From: Atractiella rhizophila | Taxonomy: Eukaryota | DNA length: 54,798 nt | Assembly (NCBI GenBank): GCA_021432655.1 | Contig: MU271484.1 | Coordinates: 1-54,798, forward strand | Direction: 5' to 3' | Part shown: piece by piece, positions 1-10,596 of the stretch | Position numbering within the stretch: the stretch's first letter is position 1 | Layout: every line of letters starts with the position of its first letter | Notes under the pieces: generated by a model | Told to the model about the DNA's origin: nothing | The model's input: only the letters and a program-made list of their open reading frames with translations | Databases searched by the model: none | Made by a program: the position numbers and the translations under genes

Positions 1-1512
1 GACACCTTTCCAGCCTCGTCTCCGCTCAGTAAACTGCCCAAAACCCTCACCGCTCCCGTTCTTACTCGAAGGATGTCGAGCGGCACTTCATCTTCCCTCG
101 CATCCGTGGCCAATAGTACCAGGGCAGTGACGGCATTGACGGGAGAATCGTCCACAATTTGATCCTCAGAATCGGCAGAAGCGCTAACGCTTCCTCGAGG
201 AGACGGATACTCCTGGTTAGACGTCGGATGGTGGATGTTGAGATAGCTAGAATTGGAAGATTTCGATCCGGGAATGGGAGTAGGAGGTGGGAGGATTGAG
301 ATGTTGTGGAAGAGCTCTTGGGAGGCGGGAGAGAAGCGTATAACATCTGAGAGCGTGTGTAGGGCTTGGGCCTTTAGGCGTGGTGGTGCGTGAGAAGAGA
401 CCCCAAGCTCAAGAAGCATCCGTGTCGTTCCACTGCTCAGAAGTGCCTTTTGGTTTGCTAGTTTCGTTTGACCAGCGCCAGTGACAAGATTGCTAGGAAT
501 TGACAATTGAGCACTCATCGGCTGAGCGGAGAAAGGACAACGCACCGAGCGATGTTCATCACCGTGCTTCCGTTCATGAGCTTTTGCTCGTTCCAGCTTT
601 GTGAGAGAAAACCTGGGGAAGGGAAGAGCATGAGAGCTGGGAGGTTGGGAATGCAAGACGTCTCGCGGAAGAAGTTTTGGTTGACGACTTGATACTTGAC
701 CAGTCCTTCGATGATACCCAAGCAATCTGAGACTACCAAGCCGCCATCCAGCCCACCTTCGCGATGAATGATCTCGAAAAGGTGATCGAAGGCACCTGTA
801 GATAAATCAGGACATAGTTTCCTAAATGGAGTTATAGCTAAAATTACCTTCGAAAACAACTAGCTTGCCAATATCACCGTTCGATTTTTCTCCTCGACAA
901 AGCCCAAGAAGGATGAGTAGTGCTTCATTCCTTAAGATCTCTTTTCCATCCTTCAAAGGCGCCAGGAGAGCAGGTACGCTATGCGGGCTGAGGAGCAGCA
1001 GCTGTTGAAAGACCACGGGTCGATTGCTGAGAAGGGTGCCCAAGAATTGGAGTGTGAAGAATCTGGTATAAAAGTTCGCGCTGGGGAGGTATTGTTGTAA
1101 GAGGCTATGCAATGGTTCCGGGGTGGCGAGAAAGAAATCGGTATTCGAAAATCCAACGTCCGCCTTATTCACCACCCCCTTTTCCTTCGCATCGTCCACC
1201 TCACATAGCACATTTAAAGTTTCCAACAATGCCTTCCCAAATTCGACGTCGCTCGCATCCTCCTTCCCTGGACCTTCCTCCGTCCCCTTCAAAAGCTCGA
1301 CGAGATACGCGAAAGAAGTAGTGGAGACGGCATCCTTCCAATCCCTTCCTAACCCTTTGAGAGGCAAGTAGAGAAGACTTTCGATCCTCGAGCGTGGCAC
1401 CTTCCCGTAAGCGTCTGGAGAGGGTTAGGATAGTATTCGAAGGAGAAGCTGCAGAGGGCGGCGCTATTGAGCGCAGACCCTGTGAAACGGAGGAGGTGAA
1501 GGAAGAGAACAT
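1..1512 (-). CDS. USO1: Uso1/p115 vesicle-tethering protein, N-terminal armadillo head (gene continues beyond the window start)
   Basis: ATG at 1512 (MFSSFTSS...TLEDRKSSLLA / LKGLGRDWKD...), with NFYTRFFTLQFL, EILRNEALLIL, LVVFE|GAFDHLFEII and NQNFFRET motifs typical of the p115 head. Short GT-AG introns. One extra base near 1362. Confidence 0.88.
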
Positions 1513-1846
1513 TGTCAAGGTGGTTGTTGGGCAAGGCCAAGCAATGGAGTCGGGGATGTTACTGCGAAATCGGTGCAAGCACTCCATACATGAAAGTACA
1601 AGATCACATGACACGTTACTGCTCTTCACTTTCAAGTCTTTTCTTCCCACCAAAGAGAAAAGGGCCTTTGCTGATATGTGCCATAACTTTTGCTATAGCC
1701 GTGGTTGCAGATGGTGATCATACGAGGTGAGAAAATTACCAGAGAGACGGTATTGCAATCATGAACTCTTTTCCGAAACGTCAGAGGCATCTACTCCCTA
1801 AAGCACAATGTCATTCTCAAATACATCGACAACATGCTCATAAGCA

Positions 1847-3821
1847 TTAGTTAGGCGGTTCTGGGTCTCTGGCGCGAAGAGTTCGCTCAGCATAGAGCTG
1901 AATCAACCCCCACGCCTTATCTACACGTTCCTCTCTGGTCGAGGGCCCTCCAACTGCGAGTCGAATGCAATAGACGCCATTGATGATCGTCGAGGAAATC
2001 ATAATGTCTCTGTCTTGCTCAATCGCGGCATAGAACTCCTTATTCAGGGCATTGAGTTCCTCGTCGTTCACATTGGGATCGGTCAAGCGGAAGACGACCA
2101 GGCCCCAGCGACGGGGAGTGAAGAGAGAGAAAGAAGAGGAGGAACGAATGTACGACTCGAACCGGGAGGCTAGATCGCAATGTCGACGCAGGTGCGCTTG
2201 AAAGCCAGATATTCCCTAGTCCAAAATGTCATGTTCGAACTGGGAAAATGGAGGAATGAGGCAAATACTGACGTAGGAACGAAGGACGAATAGAATCTTC
2301 AGACTCCTAAATCTTCTCCCTATCAGTGCACATCTTTCAATTACTCCAACGCCTTGTGGAGGACGCAAGGGAGACAATACCAAGGCCTAGATTCCAGTTC
2401 CGATAATCAATAACAGTGCCCTGATCCCCTACCGCACTCCTCAAATAAGGCGGCGTGATACTGAGCGCGTCAGTCAGCATCTTCCTCTCCCTGATCCACA
2501 GACACGTGGCTTCTAAAGCGATGAGGCCAGCTTTGTGCACGTTGGTGCTGAACGAGTGGACCTGTCCTGCAGCAGCCCCGTCTCCCTCCACGAAGGCGTT
2601 GATCTCCTCCAGCCTTGCTTCGACGCGGTTTTCGGGACAGGCGAGATAGACTCCACCCCAAGCTGAGTCGACGTGCACGAAGAGGGATGGGTAATCTCTA
2701 GCTGAGTTCCATCAGCACATACATACAGGCCATGTTAACGATGGCTATGGTGAGGAAAATGATGAGAACTGACAGACAGCTACAATTTCAGAGACGAAGT
2801 CGATAGACCCTGCATTCGTTGCCCCGACCGTCACGACTGCATGCCATGATCATCTCCATTTTTACTAATGCAGCAGATAGCTTACCGACGAGAAAGGGGA
2901 CCAGACCGCTCGCTACGTCCTCCTCCACCGCCCTTCTCAGCGTCTCTCCTCTCAATCCCAAACCATCCTCCATCTCCACCTTCAAAGCTCTATATTTGAC
3001 TCCGAAAATAATAGCTGTTTTCTTTCCCACGCTGTGAGTCTCGGTTGAGCCATACATCACCAGCTTGCTCCTGATTTCTTCCGGCTCTCGACGAAGTGAT
3101 GGTCCGAGGGAAGGCGAGGAGTAGTAGGAGAAAGCTCGCTCTCGTGCAGCCACTGTGACCACGATCAGAGCCTCGGAGGCACTTCCTTGGATTACTCCCC
3201 CTCCGCATTCGGAGGTGGAGAGGAAAGAAGGAGAAAGGCCCAGCAATTTGCCGACCCAGTCGACCATCACCACTTCGAGTTCGGCTGCAGTCATAGCTCA
3301 TGTCAGCGGGTCATGACCGGGACAGAAGACGCACTGCATGCTGGTGATGCTATCCACTACATCCGGTTTGTAAGCATGGTACTACAGTTGGAAAAGGGAG
3401 ATACAGACGCTGAAACCTGGATTTGAGACGGCACCAGCGAACATGTCAGCGATGATGGACTCGAAAGAGGAATTCGCTGGGAAAAAAGCAAAGAAGCCGG
3501 GATGTTGCCAGTGCGTTATGCTATATCAATCATACATCAAAAGGCACCATCAGCACGACGTCAAACTGCTCATGGTTGCAATTTCAAAGAGGGAGGGAGT
3601 TATCATGAAATTTTACCATACCCGGGAAGGACGACCCTCTCAAAGTCTTTCATGACTTCCTCGAACGAAGTACCATCCTGCGGCGGCTCATTCGGGAGAA
3701 GGTCCTTGATGTATCCAGGCTGGGCCGTGGACTGAACCGCCTGGGATGGAAGGGAGGTGTAGTATTCGCATATTTGGTCAACGGCTGCGTATGCATTGCG
3801 ACGGAAGGCTTCGATGTCCAT
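1847..3821 (-). CDS. PLP-dependent aromatic L-amino-acid decarboxylase (group II, DDC/TDC-like), multi-exon
   Basis: MDIEAFRRNAYAAVDQICEYY, ELEVVMVDW, GGGVIQGSASEA, ETHS, HVDSAWGG, SFSTNVHK (PLP Lys), PPYLR, IDYRNW, IRLAVG; stop at 1847. Confidence 0.93.
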
Positions 3822-4754
3822 GTTTGAGTGATAGCTCGCGATTGATTCTCGCTCTTGTAAGCCAGCTGATGCATGGAGGATAGCTACGCATAATCTTGCC
3901 ATACGACTGCTTCCCCATATTTCACGCTTTTTTGTTCCACGAAATGAAGAAGTGAGTCGATCGTAAGCGGGGAGCTAGCTTCCTCTCCGCCGACGGCGTA
4001 TTCATCAACTAATCTGACCGTGTTTAAATGTATTATGGAATGCCTGATAAAATTACGACTGTCCTGACCCTCTGTAGGTCGAATGATGATCTTTCTGGCC
4101 CTTTGATGGTGATAGTGCAGGTTCCCCTCTCTGCTATATAGCGCTTTATCGTTTAGACGCCACCGATTCAAGTTGTCATTGAATAACTGGGTCCTGTCCA
4201 GCAATGGGCTGATTGTAGCCGCAGAAAGATCATAATAGCATCCCCCATCAACATGGCCATCACCTCCATTCTAGGTTAGAGTAGGGTGCCCCAGTACAGA
4301 TACAAATCAGAGTAAACTCCTTTAGAACGTCACAGGGATCTGAGAAGCTTCCCTAACGTCTCGAGATAGCTGACAGCAACGTGTAACCACTCGAAGTTGT
4401 GGTTTACTATGGAACTGTGCCAAGGATTTCATTCCCGTTAGGGAGGAAAAAGCGAGCAGATCTTCTTTCTCGCGAACGCAGATATGCTCTGCATGGATTA
4501 AGACTTGCTATCCACTGGCACTGGCAGGCAACAACAACTTGGACGCCAGCACAACCTCTTCCTCTCATTTCATTGTGGGAAGAAAGTAAAGGCGCAAGAC
4601 GGCGCAAACGAATCCTCCTCATAACTGCGATCCTAACTCTTTTCCAAGTAACGGAACTAGGAGGTCGTAAATATCTCTCTTGCGATCCAGCTTCTCTATA
4701 CGAGTTCATACAACATAAAACAGTTTCCATCACATCAATCCAACGTCGAATTCA

Positions 4755-6762
4755 TCAAACACTAAAGCTCTCAGCATGCACCACAACACCTCCCACCCTC
4801 CTCCATTCCCTCCATCCCAACGACGCCACTGCATTCCTCACATCCTTCACCATCCCATCCGGTCCACACACGATAACTGCCACTCCTCCCGTTGGTATGG
4901 GCACGGGATCTTGGACCGGTAAAGCCTCAACGGACGTGCCAGCGCAACAACATGACTTGATTTCTTTTTTGTCATCGCCGTCCGGTGTTGGGTAGGGAGG
5001 ATACGCGTGTTTCTGCTCTTTCTCCTTTTCGAATTTCGCGATCTCCTCCGGTCCTTCCACCGAAGACGAAACCTTCTCTTCGTTATAGTTATCTCCTTCA
5101 CAGCTCCCATCCACATCACCCATCCCACATTCCTTCCCGCATTCACAAGTCCGACATCCTCCCACCGTACGCGCACACGGTGCACCCAGTTCCATCACCC
5201 ACTCTCTGACCAAGGCTCCAACATCAGGTCTTCCCTTTTCTTTTGTATTCCAAATCTCTATTCCCTTCACCTCCTCTCCCGTAAGCGCCTGCAACTCCCG
5301 CCGTACCCATACCGTCTTCTCTTTTCCTTGAAAGTAGCTCCGAGCAGCGAGAGCGAACGAGATCCCACTCCTCCAGCAATGATCAACGCTCTCTCTTTCC
5401 CGAGTATCCGATTAGGTATTCCTCCATAGGGACCTTCGATCAGTCCGATAATCCTCCCGCTCGATGGGAGGGAATGCGTCCATGTGCCCGGTTTTCCACG
5501 CTTCATGAGGAACGTCAAGGGAGCTTGAGTGGAGAGCGAGGAGGATATGGTGAAGGGATGAGACTGGAACGGGAGTGTGAGGGACCTTAGGGAGGCGTAG
5601 ATGCCTTGTCTTTGTCCCTGAGGAAGGGAAGCAGGAGAGAAGAAGAGCCTCAGGACGACGAATTGACCAGGTCGCCATCCTTTGTTCACATCCACTCCCT
5701 GCAATCTCACCGTCGTTCCTTCTCCTTCTCCCTCTTTCGATATGGCCGAAGAAGCGGAGGCGGAGCTAATGTCGAACTCTACCACCCTGACCTTTGCCAA
5801 TTTCATGACCGCGTCCAAAGCAAAGGGTAAGACGACTCCCCATCCGATCCACTTGTGAGAGTACGGGGTGTGCATAGCGATAGCGATGATAAAGCCAACA
5901 AATCCAAGGATATGGCAGAATCCGAATACGGCGTAATTCCACTTCCTCACCGGTAGGGCGCTCGTGAGCGCGATGAAGCAGAGGAAGCTCAAGGCCAACA
6001 ATCCCTTCTTGATCTTCGGTCCAGTAGTCGGGTCAGAAGGCGAATGAGTGGGATGTGAGAGCCAGGCTGCTCCGTGAGATATGACGATGATGAGGAGAAG
6101 ACGACCGATGTAGCGATGAAGGTAGTTCAAGGCTGTATACGGTAATGGGACGGCGAGATGGAGTGGGGAGGAGTGGAGGGCGAGTAGAAGGATGGGGGCG
6201 AGAAGTGAGAGGGAGATAAAGCCTAGTCGATTCGGGTTCGATGAGAGGACGTTTCCTTCTAGTATGACAAGTAGGAGGAGGGGTGCGATCAGTGCAAGGA
6301 GCAGGTATTGTCCTAATGTCAGGCGGAGGAAGGCGATTGGCGTGAACCCGAATGGTTTGAGGAGGAAGGGAATAGGACTGAGGCTGACTGAAAATCGAGT
6401 TGCAGTCTCTGGTTTTGGGGACAAGGCGTTTTGAGACGAGGGAGAGAGCGAAGAATAATCCCTCCATTCCTCGCGCACTCCTAACAACGAGTCGATCTCC
6501 ATCTTCAGGCCTTCCCTGCCTTTCTTCAATCTCGAGATATATTCTGGAAGCGTCCGCCATAGAAAGTATACCCCTACGGCGCCAGTCCATGATATCGTGA
6601 AGTAACGTGCGTATTTGGGATCCGTCACATAAGAATTGTAGATATTCCATCCCCCTGTAACCCGTTGATCAGTCAAGCGAACTCAATCAATGTACAACTC
6701 CACAACTCAGAAACTGGCAAAAAAGACGCACCTTCAGGCACTGGAGCACCCGCCAAACTCAT
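4755..6762 (-). CDS. Ferric/cupric reductase (FRE/NOX-like transmembrane flavocytochrome)
   Basis: Exon 1 MSLAGAPVPE (ATG 6762), intron ending at 6655. Bis-heme His pairs (LHRYIG...SHG; CHILG...MHT), FAD motif HPFTI, EGPYG, IAGGVG(ISF), VIVCGP and C-terminal HAESFSV. One base missing near 5364. Confidence 0.9.
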
Positions 6763-7261
6763 CCTTCCTTAATTTTTCTAGCAAAACCGACAAAGATGAA
6801 TATCCTAGTTGGCGATGGTCGTCGAGCGGCGGAGATTAACCGGGATCGTTTGACCTCGACACCGGAAGGGGAAGCGCTTCGAAAAAGACAACGCAAATGG
6901 GGAAACGAAGGAGACGCCCTCCTTTTATGTCCTCCAGCAAATAAAGAGAGGACTCCGCAGTGGACTAAATGTGAAGGGGATTATCAATCTTCGTTTCCAT
7001 CCCATCCCCATCGTCAGTCCACCCCGTCAGTTGCGTGCTTCGCGACAGGTCTTCCATTCTGGATAAGGAGTAGTTGCACCGTTTGTAGTGGCGCCTACAG
7101 GGAAACATTGGCGCCAGCGCTTAGCAGAAGCCAGAAGGAGTATGAAGAACAAATGCCTCTGAGCGGTTTGTGCGACAACCTTATTAAGTTATAGACTTCT
7201 TGCCACATAAATCAAAGTTCGGACAGTTTTCAGAGCTCATGATTGGCGCATTTCTCACTTA

Positions 7262-9456
7262 ATGTTTCCCACAAAATCGTTCGCCATGGAGTTGCGCTTG
7301 TTATTGATATGGCTATCCCTGTTTGGCACAAAGGCTGTACTCGGGCAGGAGGAAGGGGAACATCACGACGAAGTAGAGCATGAAGATATGGCTGGAATAG
7401 GAGGACATCAGCACGCTACTGAGATAGATTGGTCGCAGGCAAGTACACTCTGTTTCCTCAGCAATGAGAGTAATGGGATTTGGTGTAGCCGCTGGATAAT
7501 CTGATTTATCTGTATGCTCCTCTCCTTCCCCTTTAGCGTGTAAATGCTCAAGGTTACTGTGAAAGCCACTTTGTCTTCCAAGCAACTGTTTGGGGTGTTA
7601 TCTACCCACTCGGTACCTCTTCCTTTCTCTGCTCCCTCGACCACAACAAAACTCATGTCATTTATTCGTTCATAGGTCTCGTATTTGGACTTGCACGCTC
7701 ACGCTTCCATGTCCCTTTCCAAGGTCTCTCTCCTTTCCGCTCCCGGCGATCGCTTTACTGACCCGAGTGACTGCCGAGGATAGTGACAGGCACAGGTAAC
7801 TTCCCTCCCTTCCTCCTTCCGCTCCTCCTTTCGTATGTGCTGACCCTGTCCTCCGTATGACGCACAGTCCTAACACTAGCAGGTTACTTCTTCGGCGTCA
7901 ACCACGGCGGTCGTCAATTCCCCGAAACATTCCACCACAATTTCGGAGTGACCGTTTTCACCCTCCTCAGCTGTCAAGTTGCACTGGGGGTATACTTGAA
8001 AGCTCATGTGCATGAGGGCACTCGTTTGAGGAGGGGAGCGGTGATGATTCATGGTGTGATCGGGAAGGCATTCCCTGTACTGGGATGGACTCAAGGTGTA
8101 CGTGTTTGAGATTAGTTATGAAGTTGTAAGGAGGCACTGAGGGTTGGGTTTATGAAATAGCTGCTCGGATATGTGAGCTTGATGGGTTTCTGCAGAGGCG
8201 GACACTTGGGTCAATGTCCGTCTTCCTCTTTCCTGCATCCCGTTCTCCCTAACTAACAATTGCTGCTCAGGTCTAGCACACTGTTCGTTCCCACTTCGCT
8301 ATTTCCTAAATACACATATCTAACTTCTGCGGAATGAAGACATCATGGGCTCTTCATTCATCGCCTACGGCATCATCCTCTCCATCATGCTCTACTTCGG
8401 CGCAGCTTGGCTGGAGAGAAAGAATATCAGTCAAGAGTATCTTGACTCTTGGGTCATCTGTGTTTGGGGTATCGTGAACACATTCACCGAGCACGATTTC
8501 CTAGAGAAGAGCGGGGGATGGAGCGTCAAGGTTTGTCCTTTTCTTACCCCACCTCCATTTTCACATGCTTGTCCAATTGTATTTTAAACTGACATTGAAG
8601 TCTGGGAGTGGGATATGCAACACTCATCAATGGGTGTTATCTGGTGGGCTGGCGGAGCGTTAGGTATCTTCTTGGGAAGGAACCGAAAACGAAATTTTGT
8701 CCCTTCTGCAATCCTCATACTCACAGGTTGGGCGATGAGCTCACATGCACAGGCAATGATGTTGAGTACTGAGGTGCATAAGGCTTTTGGAGAGTGCGTC
8801 TCTCTCCTTCTGGCCGATTGCAGTAGACTGCAAGCTGATGCGTGTTGTCGTTAAGGGCATTGATGGGTGCGGGTCTCGCAAGACTGATAGAGATCTGCTT
8901 CGTCCTTAAAGGAAAACACTCCCTACACGAACTTGACCCGTCAGTGGACGAAGGAGCCATCCACCCATGGCAACACCTTCCTCCATTCCTCCTCATCTGT
9001 TCCGGGTTCGTCCTGCTCCCACATTTCCTTTCTAAACCACAATTAAAGAGACCTTGGTGCAGTTTGACATTCATGTCCGCAACGGACGAGGAGTTGCATT
9101 TCTTGATGGATCTCGGAATGGATCACGTCACTTACATTCTCCTCCTTCTCTCCGGAGCTTTCGTCATCTACCTCTGGACTCTCCTTCTCATTAAAACATA
9201 CATCATTTGTACCTCTCCCTCATCTTCCGAAACTTCCACCTCGAGCAATCCCCTCTCGTTCCTGTGGAGGAGGAACAACAACAATAGGTACAAGTACGAA
9301 GCGGTGCCTGATGCGCCGGGAGACAGGATGGGGCGGAGAGAAGGAAGGGTTAGGTTGGATGATTTGGATAGTGTGGAGCTGCAGAGGACAAATGTGGATC
9401 GGGAGAGCCCGAATCATGTCCTTTTTGATGAGAGGGATGAGAGGGAGTTTGACTGA
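7262..9456 (+). CDS. YTP1: YTP1-like multi-pass membrane protein with N-terminal cytochrome b561/DUF2427-type domain
   Basis: Signal peptide and His-rich N-terminus. Spliced sequence [32 protein letters not shown]...TFHH...MIHG...[15 protein letters not shown]...QEYLDS...NTFTEH...DMQHSSMG...HLPPF...FMSATDE matches the fungal Ytp1 pattern; many short exons. Confidence 0.8.
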
Positions 9457-10596
9457 AAGGTCCCATAAACCAAAACAAAAGGAGATTATTGGGAATGACT
9501 TTTGCCAGTCCAGGACAGTCGATATGTCTCGTTAGATTGTATTCAGTTATTCATAAATGCATATACCAGTTAATGTACACTCATTGACACTCACCCTACA
9601 TCACAGCAGTGTTTCAGCAACTTGTCCTTCCAATACGACATCATTTCCATTACCACCCACATCCACTGTCCGAAACGCTCTCGCTTGATAAATTGGAAGT
9701 CTGTGGACAAATCGAACAAGGTATCGCCAACCAGTGGGGAGAAGAGAAAAAGCAGATACTGTATTGGTGAGAAACGGGTAGTAGCTTGAGCGAGAATGAT
9801 GTTCCAACAATTGGGTGACATCGCCCGTCATTTGTAAGGTCAGACTAATGTGAAGGTGGCAGAGTTCTTCCGTCTCTTGCATGTAGGAAAAGAACGTGCT
9901 GTCTGAAAACCACGGGGTGGCCATGGGTTTCAGGTCTGAAGCTTAAAGCTTGGGGAGGAAGATCCAGAGGGAAGCTTGAAGCTCTGCTTCTAATCATTGG
10001 ATGAGGAATATCGCACCGCTCAAGGAGATTTTGAATCTCTCTGTTCAAGCTATTAACTTTTCGATCGAGACGTGAGATGAGAAGTACCGCACTCCCAATC
10101 CACATCATGAGAAAGGCATCAGATGTAAAGTGCTAAGAACTTCAACAAGGGTCGAAATAAAGAGCATAAATATCTCGTAGCCTTAATTTCTTTGGTTTGC
10201 CTTTGGCTGAAAGCGACGTATCCAAAGGACAACGCACCTCCTTTGTACTAGAGAGACGCTCTTCACAAATAAATAGAGCTATTCCCCATACCCAATTTAC
10301 GGGAGGCTTATGATCTTATCGGCCTGTTGAATTACTCAGATCCTGAGATCCTGAGAGACTTTGAAGTGGACAACACAGCAAATTCGAACATGGACATTTC
10401 CGACCACACATTAATTATCCGACACCTATTTCTATCAAGCTTTGTGTCCCGTCAAACTTATAAACCAACGCTTCACCGTACTTCAACAGGCTCCACAACT
10501 TTCCCATTTCACAGCAGCTTTGTGATCAGCTCTACTCTGTGGACAAGCCAGAAGTCGCGCGGTCTAGATCACGCTTCACGTCCACCAAAGCAAAGG

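Noticed and set aside
4399..5429. Plus-strand ORFs of 140-198 aa overlapping the ferric reductase, and similar antisense ORFs over other genes
   Set aside because: Shadow ORFs of well-supported opposite-strand genes with no independent motif.
9591..10108. Overlapping short minus-strand ORFs, possibly a decayed gene
   Set aside because: No recognisable domain and no consistent splice model.
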